NCBI RefSeq assembly: GCF_018977255.1
Contig: NW_024704743.1
Span: forward strand, 79,114,001 to 79,178,000
DNA from: Callorhinchus milii
Lineage: Eukaryota
Direction of reading: 5' to 3'
DNA length: 64,000 nt
The translations under genes and the position numbers were made by a program. Positions 48,381 through 62,212 of the stretch are shown here, in pieces. How positions within the stretch are numbered: position 1 is the first letter of the stretch; each line of letters begins with the position of its first letter. The notes below the pieces were generated by a model. The model ran no database searches. It was not told where the DNA came from and was given only the letters and a program-made list of their open reading frames with translations.

Positions 48381-50789
48381 CGGGGGGGGCAGCCATTTAT
48401 TACACTGCCATACCTCTCTGGGTTGTTCCTGCACATTTTTGTGTGTGTGTTTGCCGTACAGTTGTTGTTCTTTTATTTTTTTTTGTCTGTCTGTCTGTGT
48501 TTTTGCTGTTAGTAGATTGTGCTTCGCGTTGGCACCCGGTGGTTTCTGCCGCCGAGTGAGGTATTGATTCTGGTGTCGTGTGGGTGTTGCATAACCGCAG
48601 TTGTCTGAGGGAGGGAGGGAGTGACTTCTGGCGAACTGATGGTGCCACTCGCCGGGGTGGGGTGGGGTGGGGGGCATTACATGCTGAGTGCTGCAAGAAG
48701 TACAGCCAAGTATCTTCAGTCTGGCAGCAGCTCACACGCCCTCCTCCTTCACCCCCCCCCCCTCCCCCCCACCACCCGCGCCTTCTCTTTTTCTTTTTAA
48801 TTTGAACCATATTTGATTGGCTTTATTCTGCTGTGCCTTGCGGAACATCCAGCTCCAGCTCACATACATGCAAGAAGAGTCTTTGAATCCCCTCCCTCCC
48901 CTCTCCCCCCCATTAAAAAAATGTTTTTGTTTTAACGCAATCGCATGCGGGTGTGTGTGTGTGGGGGGGGGGAACTAGGAAGAATATATAGGGTTCACGG
49001 CAAAAAAAAATACACACACACCCTGTGTGCTGGACAGAAAATAGTATTTTTTTTGTTAGCATTATATCATTGTTTACAGCTTCGTGGTTTTTTTTGTGTG
49101 GTGGTGCCCGGTTCTGAGGCTGAACTCGCAGCGTCAGTTGGATTTTCTGACTGTCATCCATTAGCGAGTGCGTGGGGCTGCACAGGGGTTTTTTTTTTTT
49201 TTTTAAAAAAAATCGCATGTCTTTACATCGCCTTTAATGCTGGTTGAGATCACTCAGAGGCGGTATGTTTTCGACTCTCTTAAGGGCGATCGTGTTGTAG
49301 GGATTACTTTTTGTGTGTGGAGCAGTTGACAGGGATTGTAAATGTTTTTGTGTGTGTGTTCGCCGGGTTTCCCATCTCTCTGCTCCTTTCTCCATCTCCG
49401 GCGGGGATGGGAAGGCGCTATTGGTGCAGAATTGAGGTGGTAACTGGGCCTCAGATCGCGCCTCGGCTCCTCGGGTTTGCTGGTTTTCACAGGGTTCGCA
49501 GAAAACGTGGGATATTTTAAATTGAATTCCAGTTTTGCCTTTTCATATGCAAATGGCTTTTGGGTTGTTTTGCGCTGGGCACCATTCCCCAGATAAGGGG
49601 TGGTGGTGGGGGTGCAACTGTCCTACTCCTGAATGCCTGGCAATGGTGTTTTTAAACTTGGTAGTAGGTGCATGACTGGTATTGTTTGCTTTTGCCTTCT
49701 AATTTTTCTCTTTTCCTCTGGCGAGGTATCTTCCCTCAATTTGGATCTAATCCACAGTGATGTGTGGGTGATCTGTGTAGGAGTGACTGAATTGTATAAC
49801 TCTTGGGAGCATCATGTTAGCACAACAACAGACTGGCCTGTTTCTTTGTTCTTGCAACCACTGAGAAGTACTGTACTTTTGTTAGGTGATGTAGTGACTG
49901 TATTTCCAGTTAATAAAGAAAACCAAAATGTATCAGTATTCCAGTGCTATGTTCAAAGAAGCGTGCATGTAATGGCAGAGCAATGTGTGTACAATTAATT
50001 TTGGAAATTACTTTGAAGAATATGATCCAGTTTATGTTTATTTGCAGATGTGTGCAATTTGGTTTCTTAAAGGATGTTACAACACACCTGTACTTGGTAA
50101 CTTAATTTTAGCTAGTCCAACAAATATTTAGTGTTTCCCCAAAACTTTTAGAAATCAAAGAAATTAGGTTAATTCATTGTTGTACAACTACAATAAATTT
50201 ACATTTGTATAGCACCTTCCACATTGGTAACACGTCCCAAGGCACTGGGTTTGTACCTGAGCTTAGAGTGGGAGCTCTAGTTGTAGTCTTTCTGATGTGA
50301 AGGGCAGTATACAAGTGTAATTTTTTGTGTTGTTGTTGTAGTCATGAAGAAGCTCATAGGTTAGTTTAGAAATTGGGAATAGTGAATACATTGCAACATC
50401 CTTATCAATTGTATATCTCAGTTCACCGTGATATTGTGGAACTTGTGTAGAAAGGAAAGTTAAGAATGATGCAGGCACATAGACATGAGTGGTCTTTCAT
50501 CATGTATTCATTTTATCAAAAAGTGAATTGATTTGCCTATTTTCCTCACCAATGATACAACATTTTTTTAAAAATTGCACTTTTGAATCAGTTTTCCTCC
50601 TCAAGATATTTGACTCATTTTGCATTCTTCTATATAATTTTACAGGTTCTCTCTAGTACTCAAGTAGCTGTTATTAAGTCATTACTAGTAAATGAACATT
50701 GGAAGGCTGTTTGCATGTGAGTTGTGAGGTGCAGTGCATTCTATCTGAATCAGATCTTGTCCTTATTTGGAGTCCACCCCACAAAAACA

Positions 50790-51800
50790 TCAACAACAAA
50801 TTGCATTTCACCTTTCATATTGGGAGGATGTCTCAGGATACTGGACAGTAGAGGCTCTCACCTGAGTTGGGGGTTCAATTTGGGAGGGGTGGTAGCCAGG
50901 GAGTTGGATGGTAAGATGACCGAAGGTGTGGTCAAAGAGGAAGGTCTTGAGATGGACTTTGGGGTGAAGTTAACTCCTGGACGGATTTTGAGAGAGTTAG
51001 GCTGACAGCCTAACTGTCAGTGGTTGGGCAGGCAGGGCTGGGGACATGAAGCAGGCCTGTCAAGCGGGCAGGCATTTTAGAAGGTCACAGAAGTAGGATG
51101 GGGGTAAGACTCTGGAGAGGTTTAAAAATAAGCATGAGGATCTTGACCTTGATACTCTTGGGGGATGGGGAACCAGTGAAACTGGGTGAGGATGGGGTTG
51201 GTAGGCTTGTGCAGGAGAGAAGAGCTGCAGAGTTCTGGATGATCTGCAGCTTGTGGAGGGAAGAGTTGGGAAGGCTGACAATCAGGAAAATAGTCGAGCC
51301 TAGATGTGATAAATACGTGGACGAGGGTCTTGTCGACCAGAGGATAGAGTTAGTGTCCCAGGCCGGTGATGTTGCAGAAGGAAAAGCTGAGTGTGTACAG
51401 GATGGATTTGGGGTTTAGAGATCAGTTGAGAGTAAAACAAGATTCCACACTGACTGTGAGGTGGAGTTGCATCATTGTAGATTGATGCTGTCATTGCCTG
51501 AGGTGGAAAGGCACTGATGGGAACCAAGCAAGAGAGCCTCGATTTTGCTGGCATTCAACTGTAGAAAATTAGCTCTCATCCATGACTTGATGGCAATCAG
51601 TCAGAACAGCAATTGTCCTGGAATTCAAGGTGGAGGAAGAGGGGTTTGGGTGTCAAACGCATACATGTGGAAATTAACCCCATGCCTAAGGATGACCTTG
51701 CTGAGAGGAAGCATTTAGTTACTAAAGAGAAGAGGACTAAGGATAGAACCTTGAAGAATGCCATATGTGACGCTGCGGGAGGAGAAGCAGTTGGCTGATA
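50790..51800 (-). mobile_element. Older L2 fragment
   Basis: GCTGCAGAGTTCTGGATGATCTGCAGCTTG…AGTCGAGCCTAGATGTGAT…CATTCAACTGTAG are L2 ORF2 landmarks on the minus strand. Confidence 0.88.
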
Positions 51801-53399
51801 CCAAGTGGGGGTATTTTAGTTCACATGTGCAGTGCATATATACACACTTAGGAGCACAAAACTGATTTCTTCTCCTTCTAGCTAGTTGCCCTGGCCCAAA
51901 TTAATGTTGTCTTATTGTTCTGAGCACAGGCTGGTATTCAAACCTGTGAACCTTGTTGAGTGGCCAAGCTCAAATTGGTGCAGGATGAGATCAAATGGGC
52001 TGAAAGGTCGTATTCATCCAAACCGATCTTGTTTGTTTCTAAAACATCAGCGAATATTTATGGAGACTTTTGGGCTGTGGGTGGGGAATCAAACATTGAT
52101 CTATTGGAGACCAGCGCTCTCGAGAAGTGTTGTGGTGCATATGCAGATAACCTACTCTGTTTGATAGAATGGGTATCTTTCCAGCATGTCCCTTAAAGCC
52201 ACTGATCAAAATAACTATTTTACAGGGCTTTCTGGAGGAACTCTAAAAATGAAAAATATTTAATGAAATTGGTAATTTCATGGGTAAGTACCTGTAACTG
52301 ATGGTATTTATCCATACAGCTTAGTGCTGTTATTTTTAAACACAAATAGCATGTGTTTAAATGAAGTACATCTATTGAAAAAAGTTATTGAAGAAATTAA
52401 GCAAAGCAAAATCTGGTTATTTGCAGGAGGCTATTCTTGTGGGAGCAAAACAATGTAATGAGTGGTTCTCCAGCTTTATGCAGAATTTGATGAAATCTCT
52501 ATCGTATCCAGGATCCTGTGTTATGTGGTCCAATGCATATTAACATGCTGTTGGTTGTTTCTGTATAGTTGGAGCTAAAGTGACTAAATGCTAATCCATC
52601 ACTTTAGGTGTCAATGGTTATGGTACCATTGGAAGCAGTAAATAGGCCTTGTTTGCACTCGTAATGAATGTGTAAGAACTATTAAAGCCTAATTATCTGC
52701 AATTCAAAACTCCATTTTTTTCTTGGATGGGGGGGGAAGAAAATCAAGAGAGAAAATTGCTCTGAATCTGTCATTGACTTACATTTTCTGCCCATGTTAA
52801 TGGAGACAACAATAATATTTTTATTAATGCAATTCCAAACGGAGCCTTTAATTTAATTGCTAAAAACAAATGCAATAAATTCTGCCACCAAGGGCCATCG
52901 AATGCATCCTGAAGCACATATGTACAGTGCCATGCCGAGATCATCTGTGCACTGTTAAGAGTTTCAGAGATTATCTATGAGCAACTATGATATGTCGTCG
53001 ATTGGCAGGACTGGAATTTATGCGCATTCTGGAAGCTGATCAAGCCAAATCCATTTTTTTTCCAGGGAATATTGTGCGTTTGTGGTGAATATGGGTTTAA
53101 AAACTAATTTGAAAATGTGGAATTCACTACAGAAGCTGTGGTTAAAGCAGATAGCACCAATGCTTTAAAACAAAATTTGAAGTAAATTGGCTTTAGTCTT
53201 TCTTGTATAGTTTTGGAAAATTACTGTCATCTATCATTCTGCTTATACAGAAGTAGTCACATAATCAGCACTTGTGAAAATGTAGGTGTGAAACAAACAT
53301 CCTGTCACTCCATAGAATATCTTATAAGTCCCCTTAACACCTTGAATCTTAAACAATTTACCTTTTAAATGTGTCATCTTTTGAAACCTTTTCCTGTGG

Positions 53400-53800
53400 C
53401 AAGAAAGCTCTTCAAGTCCATCAAGCACCTCACACAAAGCTGCCTCTTTCCCCAATGAGAAACTCCTCTATGGCCTCCCCCCACATCATCCTATCTCTGC
53501 AAGGTCCTGACCCAGCTGTTCACTTTTGCCCGGCAAACACCAGCCTGCTTCATACCCCCACACCTCATCTGCCCCACCATTGCCATTCTCCCCCGTTCTC
53601 TGAAGCTCCATTCCCGGAGCTCCCTCCCCTCTTTCAATGCATATCAAGACCAAATTCTTTGACCGTGCTTTCGCTCATATTTTCCCATCTCCACCCCACC
53701 TCCCTCGGCTCCCACCCCCAGCTCGGTGCCCAGCCAGCAATGTTGAGCCCTTTAAGACATCCTTGTGATGTTTTATTAAAAGGCGCTGTGTAAATGTTCT
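53400..53800 (+). mobile_element. Degraded L2 3' fragment
   Basis: TTCTTTGACCGTGCTTTCG…AAAGGCGCTGTGTAAATG tail. Confidence 0.7.
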
Positions 53801-54819
53801 GTTTCTGGAAGGGAAACAGAAATATTGTTTATGACATTCACAAATGGGGCATCCGCAGCAAAAGGTTGTGGCACCCTGTCTTAGACAATATTGTGCATTG
53901 TCTAATGTTTTTCAACAGTGGTACTACAATTATATCATATGGACTGGTGGGGAATAGAATAGATTTGTGTGGGTTCTATGAGTCCATGGAATTGTAAGGG
54001 TTATAGGGAACTTGACCAAAATCAATTGCTCAATACAATACTTGTATCTCTATTTTTCATCTCCATTGTTTTATTTTGTCTGTTTACAGACTATTTACTG
54101 AATTGTGTTTTATTGTGTGGTATTATGGATTATTTGAATGTGCTTTAAAAAATTTGAGCATAACGGATTACTCAATTCGAAAGGGAAATTGCTTGCTGTT
54201 TTTACTTTCATGATGTGGGGAGCTATACCTTCTGGAAGGCTATTTTTTCTAAGGAGAAAAAGTTATTGCAATATGTATTTAAAACCTCCCTATTTTGTAC
54301 AACTATTTGTATGTTGTGTCATGCTCCTTGCATGACAATTTCACATATCTAGCAGTAATGCCCATTCTTATGTCTTTGAATTAGAAATAGAAAATGCTAG
54401 AGATGCAGATCAACACAATAACATTACTTTCTTGAGAAGGTGAATTTGCGATCTAGGTGGAGAAAATCTGCAACATAAAAAAAAACATTTCTTATGATTT
54501 GTTCAGTGTTCAGAATTCATGCCTTTGCCTATGATGAACCTTATTTGGGATCATCCGATGTCTGATACGCACGGCCTAAGAGTATTAAAACCAGACTGAG
54601 AGTTCCACAAATGTTAGAAAATTTTCATCTAACTGTAATGGAGTGGGTAAGTACTGTCTTCATGGAGGGATACAAGACTCCTGGGGGAAAGAGGGGAAGA
54701 AGTGAGTAGGGCCTCTTTGGAGCTGAACTAGCTCCAACGTGACATTAATGGCAATAAAATGTCGGAATCAAATCAATCCTCTGTGGCGATCTCGGGAGTT
54801 TGGTTCCTGAACCAAGAAG

Positions 54820-55050
54820 GTACAACAACAAGACGTAAGCTTTGAGTTGTAAAACAGAATTTCAGGACAGATACCAGGAAGGGTTTCTTTATTCTGATGG
54901 TAATTAATGACTGGAACAGATTGGTTGAGGTCAGGACTCTGGACTCATTTGAAAATTATCAAGCGCAGGTTGGTAAGAGTATGAGAACTCCAGATAATGT
55001 GTTGGGGACTGCTGGGGTTTAACCAGCTAAAACTGCTCATGTCGGCATAC
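54820..55050 (+). mobile_element. Degraded CR1 3' fragment
   Basis: TTCAGGACAGATACCAGGAAGGGTTTCTTTA…GACTGGAACAGATT resembles the CR1 ORF2 end; it is followed by the GGGGACTGCTGGGGTTTAACCAGCTAAAAC segment also seen at 28431 and (reverse) about 34150-34185. Confidence 0.55.
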
Positions 55051-55657
55051 AAACATACCCAGCTTATTCTCTTTTTGGGGATTCCTAACTACAACTAATT
55101 GGAACTGCAGAATACCATCTTTCCTGGCCATCAGCAGAGTGGCTGTTTAGCCCAGCAGTGCATTTTTCCTACTGCAGTATTACGAAAGGTGCAGCAGCAT
55201 ACAAATAGTCATAAGGAGCAAATTATTTTGCTCGCATTTTGCAGCGCAAGATATTCCCAATGTTCCAATTTATTATTATGAAATAACTCACTTAATTTTT
55301 AACTTGTTTTTATTTTGGTTTGCAGAAAGAGTTTGAAGAAAGTAAAATTTTAAGTTAATTTAATGGGAAAAATATACATTAATGTACTGGCAATCGATTC
55401 TGTCTCATTGCTGGTGAATGAATTGTTATGGGTTCACTTCACTATTACTTTTTAATATCACTTTTTAATAAGAATATCTCAGTTTTCAAATTGAAATTAA
55501 TTTTCTTTCAAATTTCCTTCCTTTCTATAGAACATATACATTCTCTACACCCTTCCCTTGACAGCATAGGTTCTGGACTTACCATGTAGCAATAAAATTG
55601 CATCGTTTAAACTTGTGGCACCACATATTGGAGTTCCAATTTGGCATTGTTCGCAAA

Positions 55658-56003
55658 TGTCAGCCCATCTTAGTTGGCAGCACTCTCTGAGTCAAGGTTA
55701 TGTATTTGAGGCCCAAGTCAGGACTTTGGGAAGTGTAAACTGACACTCCAATAGCTTGTGGTGGGAGCCGTCCTTCAGGTGAGACTTTAAACATTCTGCT
55801 TATTCAGAATTTAGACTTTAAAGAAACTCTGGCACTGTTCAGAATGAGAATGAAGTTTCTTCCAGTGTCCTGGCCAACTTGTGTGCAAATTAGCTGCCAT
55901 GTTCATCTACAATGCAGGTGCTAAATTGTACAGTAAAATCTATGAAGCCCTTTGAAACGATCCAATGACTTGGTAAGATGTTATATCAAGTGCATAGATT
56001 ATT
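55658..56003 (+). mobile_element. Degraded full-length SacSINE1-like Deu SINE
   Basis: GTCAGCC…AGTTGGCAGCACTCTCTGAGTCA…TGACACTCCA…CAGTGTCCTGGCCAAC…GTGCAAATTAGCTGCC. Confidence 0.7.
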
Positions 56004-59000
56004 AGTGTAATATAAAACTATTATAATAGCACCGTTACAATTTGAAATAGTATTTTTGCTTTCATTCCCAAAAGTATACAATAATATAATTTGGGATTAA
56101 AATCATGCTTCGTATTAACTCTGACTTAAATTTTGTCCTTCAATTTTGTGGCTTTTAGTCACCTCCTACCTTAGTCATTTGACATCATATTCCTGTATTA
56201 TCAGGCGGGAGCGGCTGTATGAAGGTTCTTGAAATTAAGGGTAGTTGGATATATCTATAAAGCAGGTTGGAAATTGAAATACAGTTTAACCCTTAGAAGA
56301 CTACAGAATTGTTTCTTTATCAAGTGGAAGTAAACTACTCCAGAGTACTGTACTGTTTGCTAGGCACAGATGAATCGACTGTTTGGGTTGTTTCATAAGG
56401 GAACTTTTCTTACTGATTCATTGCATTGTAATAATTAACCTGCTGATGTTGCTGCAATACATATTCGTACTTAACAGTGAGGTTGACTTGGTCCTTCATG
56501 GGGTTTCATTGTAGATGAATCATTTTGCAATTTCTGCAAAATTAACTGGTGTTTGAGTCTAGTAACTATATTGTAGTCTTGCGAAGATCTTTATTGTCAC
56601 CGCGAGAACATTGATTAAGAAAGTGCAGATATTGTGAAAAATTTGCATTCAAAGAATGAAGTAGTTTATCTAGTGAATGTATTCTCCTTTCTGTAGCTTA
56701 CTGGTAAATTTGTTTGGGGTTGTACGTTTGGAACTTCCTTCTCATTCCATCTGGGCTAAGCTAGAGTGGATGGTAACCCAATTAGATTTGACAATGACTC
56801 AGGATAAATTCTATCTTGCATGCTCTTGCTTTTCACAGCTTTTTATAGTATTATGCTCATACGTTAGTGAATGATTCAGGTTCTTTCTCTTGTATTTGGA
56901 TTGGATGGCAGAATAATTTCAGGCAAGGCTGTTTAAACCCCAGTTTGGACTCTTGAGCGATCGAGGCTCTCTGCTAATTGATCTGCCCTTGCACTTCCTC
57001 CTCAAAGTCAACTTCCCACTTTTCCTCTGAGCATCTTAAGATCTCCTCTCTTTGGCCTGCTGATGGAATATTGTCCATGTGTGGTATTGCTTTTGACTAT
57101 GGACCCTGCAACATGTTTGCTTTTGCGGATCTCTCTCTTAATTCAACTTTTTTTTAATAGTTTTATAGTAATTAATGTCTGCCTAATTATGGTATTTTTA
57201 GAATTTATGGGAAATTCAGAAAGCTACTGCAAGAAAGATGACCAAGTGGAACCAGTATTATAGCTTAAAAGCAATGCACCATCTTTTTCCTTTGTGGTTT
57301 GAATTTCTTTGTAATAAGACAGAGTTCACTGGCAATGATCTGATATTTTATGTTCTCCTCGTTTTTCTTGGATTTGAGAAGGGACACAAGTGTTCAGAAA
57401 GAATGTATAGATTATCCCTTTGCAAATCTGTCAATCATTGAGTATTAACAATTGATAGAAATTTGAATTAAGTCCATCACTCGGGTAGGCCTTGTGAGGA
57501 ATTAATTCGCTATTTGATCCACACTGAGTGGAAAGGTTAATTTGACACATTTATTGTGCCTGAAAGGGTCTAATTAGGTTAACGTTGTTGAGACATTGTT
57601 CACTGTCTCTCCTCCCCCTTACAAGGGAGAAGAAAAATTAGAAGAGGCACTCAAACCATGTTGGTCTTGAGTTGGGTAGCTTTCGCACCCCCCACCTTAG
57701 CAATTTCAGTGTTTTCTGTTTACAAATTTCAAAGCAATGTAATTAAAATATTTATTTTAAGTTTTAATGAGCATTTAAAGGACAAAGTACACTAATTTTC
57801 AATTGGTCATGTGAGTGTTTTACTATCTGGCCTCTGTGTTGATGTTTAATGGAACTTGAACATTAAGTTGATGGAGCTATCCACTCTTACCACGTCTGTT
57901 ATGTACAGCTAGCTATAAATGTGAAACTATAAATCTTCAGGTACAGAAGAAATGTACCTGATTTTGACAGATTTGCAATGGTCCTTTGAATTTAGAGAGA
58001 GCAAATTCTAACATCTGTAAATAAATAAAAATGCAATAATTGGATGAACATAGTTTAAAAAAAGGGTGAAATTTATCTTTTGAAACAATGGAAACTGGTG
58101 GAAATGTATAATAAACTGATCAGCATTTAAGGGTTATATGGGTTAATATTTTAGGTGTAACCTTCATAATAATTGGTATTATCAGTATAGGACTGACAAC
58201 TACATGTTACAACATGCCCAAGAGGGTGCAGTAAACAACAGGTAGGGGTTACGAAATTCAAATACTAATCTTCTTACTGAATTGCATCATTTCAGTTTCC
58301 AAGCTAATTTATTAAGGTTCTTTTGTCGCCCTTTTCAAATTTGAAAAGGGAGTTGTTTCCATCTTGTTGAAGTGTTGCACCATGCATCATCCCAGCCAAG
58401 ATAGTGGGAAGATTTTCACCACCACTGCAAATACTGCTATATGATCAGCCACCACCAAACATTGCATTTATATAGTGCCTTTCACGTCGGGAGCATCCCA
58501 ATGTGCTGAAACAGAAGATGAACACAAGCAGTCATAGTTAACTGTCAGTTTATAGTTTTTGTTTCACCTCAGCCTAAAGGTTAAGAATTGCCTAACCCTC
58601 AAAGTATTTCACCACAACGGCTGAGATTGAAAATTCATAATGTGGATAATTGGAATTGAAAATTCATGACTCGCTACTTATTTGAGCACTTTCTTTAAAA
58701 AAATTAACTTAAAAGAAAAAATAGGTTGCTCTCTTTTGCATCAGTCACCACTGCCACCCTGTAATGTACGTATTTGCTTCAACCCTGCAAGGAGAGGCTG
58801 TGACTCATGTGGCACCTCCCTTCTTGGAGATGCCACATAAAAGTCACAGGCATATATCACTAGAGAATTGAGCAGAATAGGGGAATTACGCCTGGTTTCT
58901 TCCTCTCAATTAATGCTCTGCTTTTCAGTTTCTAATACCGATGTCCCACTTGAAACTATTGATGCTAAATGCTATTTGGGCCTGTATCTTGTGCTGTAGT

Positions 59001-60759
59001 CGCAGCAGCAAGCTAAGATTAATGTGTTATTAGTGATGCTTTTTAATTTGCATGAAATGAACAGGAAGTTTTGTTGTGTGCTCAAATGCCTAACAATTAT
59101 GCAGGATACAAAAATTGTTGGTCTGAGCACTTAAACTTCCTTTTAAGATTGTGTGCTAAATCATATTAGCTCCAACCAAAACAGACTACCAAGAATCAAT
59201 TTAAAGCCTCTTGTTGAATAGCATTTTACTTTAGACAGCTCTGATTAGGTGCAGCTATAATCTAAACCAAAAAAATATAGCAGTCCTTGAATGCAAATGC
59301 TGCTCTTATGGGCAAAGGTTATGTCTATGTCAAGAACATTTATATTCAAAATGTTAATCAACTAATCGCACATTGGTTTGAAGGTTGTGGCTTTGGAGAT
59401 GCCATTCAATAGTTGAGATGTTATTGGCTGATTGATTTATCAGAAATTAACACCATATTCAACTATAAACATCGACAACAACAAATTGCATTTATATTGC
59501 ACCTTCCATGTTGTTAAGACGCTCCAAGGTGTTATGCTTAAAGACCATTGAATTTATTTATATACCAATTTTAACCAATGAATGCACTTTTTTGTGAAAG
59601 GCAATTGGTTAAAAAATGACTCAAATATTAACTTTGAAAAAAATCCTAATGAACATTCCACACTCCCTCCCTCCTGATGTTCGTATAGTTTGCTGAGCTT
59701 ATGATTGTGTCTGTGGCAACCTTGTGCACATGTCCCCAATTAAATTTTGCACTAGATTGCAAAGGTCTTTCGGGCTCACTTTTGTACAATTCACAGATAG
59801 AAAAATTCAAATTTGAGATAAAAGTGTTGGCCCAGTGAAGGTATATCTCCCATTGTAACAGTGTTTGATTATCATTGCAGGCAATTTGTGTTTTGTAGGT
59901 TGTGTAGTATTATATAAGGACAGTTAATGTGGATATTTTGTTCTCTACTGTATAAATAGTTGTGTTCCTCAATAAAGCAACTGTTTTGTTACTTTCTGGC
60001 TTTCTTTCTTGAGGCTCCCTTCTCCAAAAAGATCCTGATTTTCACTGATTTTTTTTCCCCTGTACCTTCTCCAAACACCCCACCCGATCCTCTCCAGTTT
60101 TCTTTGACCCAACCCCCATCCCTGAAATATACAATAACGCCATAGTTTTTATTTTGTGAATACAAACTGACTTTAATGGTCCTTCTGTATGACTATATAG
60201 CATGACTCATCCTGGTAGGTAACTTGTGGATGAACTGCTTCCTTCAGAATAAGAAATGGATTTGTGCACTCTGGACCTTGACAGATGGTGACAAACTTGT
60301 ACCACAGTTGTTCTGTTTGTTCTCTATAACTGACATGAGGCAAGCTGCTTGTTTTGTTTTAACCGCCCCCAGGAATATAATATCACTGCTTGGCTTTGCT
60401 GTGCTTTCTTGCTTGTTGGGATTAGACAAAATAATTCTTGTCTTAGAATATATGTAATTTTATTCCAGGTATCATTTTGATTTTATTTTTTTAAATGTAT
60501 ATTTAGAATCATAAGCATTTTACAGCACAAAAAAGGCCAAATGTGCCTGTTTTGTGAAATTCCTCGTCTTTCAGATTTTTCTAAAAAAAAATCTTATTTT
60601 CATTTCTGCTGTTTGGCCGTTTAAAATCAACACTTAGTTAATTAACTCACCATTCCCTTCTTATTCTTTAACTTCTTAACACAATATATTTTTGCATGTA
60701 CTGGGAAATGTTGAAAAATGATGCTGTTACTCTTTGCATTATAACAACATTTCAAAATA

Positions 60760-61620
60760 AACAACAAGATTACATTTGTACAGCGCCTTTCACGTCGGGA
60801 GGACATCCCAAGGCGTGGGCAGAGTACAGCATTTCAGACCCGAGCTGGGGTCGGGAGGCGGAGGGGGAAGGGGTGTGGAAGATGGCATGGTCGAAGAGCA
60901 GGGTCTTGAGGCGGGACTTGAAGGAGGTTAAGGAGGGGGCGAGGCGGAGTGACTGGGGGATGGAATTCCAGAGGTTGGGGGCAGATTGGCTGAAGGCTCT
61001 CCTGCCAATGGTGGGGCAGGTGGGTTGGGAACCATGGAGCAGGCCAGCGCTGACTGAGCGGAGTGAACGGGCGGGTTGGTAGGGGGTTAGGAGGTCGCAA
61101 AGGTAGGGTGGGGAGAGGCCGTGGAGGGCTTTGTATGTGAGGACCAGGATCTTGAACTGGATCCTCTGAAGGATAGGGAGCCAGTGGAGTCGGGCGAGAA
61201 GCGGGGAGATGGGGTCACGAAGTTTGGTGCGGGAGAGGACATGGGCTGCAGTGTTCTGGATTATCTGCAGCCTGTGGAGGGAGGAGTTAGGAGGGCCGAC
61301 AAGCAGGGCGTTTGCATAGTCGAGCCTGGAGTTGATGAAGACATGAACAAGAGTTTCAGAGGCCTAAGGGGTGAGGTAGTGGCGGAGTCCGGCGATGTAA
61401 CGGAGGTGAGGGAAGGCAGAGCGGGTCATGGCTTGAATGTGGGGAAGAAACGACAGTTGAGGGTTGAACAAGACACCGAGGTTCCTGACTGGCTTGGTGA
61501 GTTGTATTGTGCAACCATGATGTTGATATTGCCACAGCCTGAAGTGCAGAGGCACTGGCGTGAGCCAATCAGGAGGGCCTCAGTCTTGTTCACATTCAAC
61601 TGTAGGAAAATTGTCCTCAA
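60760..61620 (-). mobile_element. L2 LINE 3' fragment
   Basis: Minus remnants FLQLNVNKTEALLIG and VRNLGVLFNPQLSFLPHI…AFPHLRYIAGLRHYL; L2 tail at the left. Confidence 0.95.
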
Positions 61621-61779
61621 CAAAATACTAATGATTGATTTTTGGGTAAGTTCACTAGAGGTGCATTTCAGTCAAGTAGCTATTCTGTTATAAAACAAGG
61701 ATGGAAATAATAAGGTTGTAAAATTGTACTGCCCTTTTGAAGGAAAAATGAGGGTCATTGACCTAGATAGGCGTTTGCA

Positions 61780-62212
61780 AGCCTTTCATCTCCATCCTTG
61801 CTCGGCTCCATTGACTCTCCATCCCCCAGCAGATAGAATTCAAGATCCTCATTCTTACCTTTTAAATGCTTCCACAGGTTTCACCCTACCTCTGCCACCT
61901 CATTTAACCTTACTGAACCAGCCACTCCCTTCGCTCAGTGAGCATCCGCCTGCTTTATGTCCCCCTCCCTATCTACCGACTATTGACGGGTGGGCAGGCT
62001 TTCAGTCTTTCTACACCCACTCTTTGGTATTCCATCCTGGATTCCCTCTGACTCATTTGCTCCCTTGCTCCTTTGAAGGTACATATCAAAACATACCTCT
62101 TTGACAGCACTTCCAGTCATTTTTCTCCTCTCCATCCTCAGCTAGGGGGCTGATCCACCACCGAGACTTTGCTTTGGGACATGAAAGGGGCTTTGTAAAT
62201 GTAAATTGTATT
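61780..62212 (+). mobile_element. Degraded L2 3' fragment, inverted relative to 60760-61620
   Basis: CTCCATTGACTCTCCATCCCCCAGCAGATAGAATTCAAGATCCTC…ACCTCTTTGAC…GTAAATGTAAATTGT. Confidence 0.8.

Noticed and set aside
48227..48559. 110-aa ORF as a complete protein
   Set aside because: Only the first 42 codons match ASAP1; the rest runs through the GT donor into (CA)n and intronic sequence.
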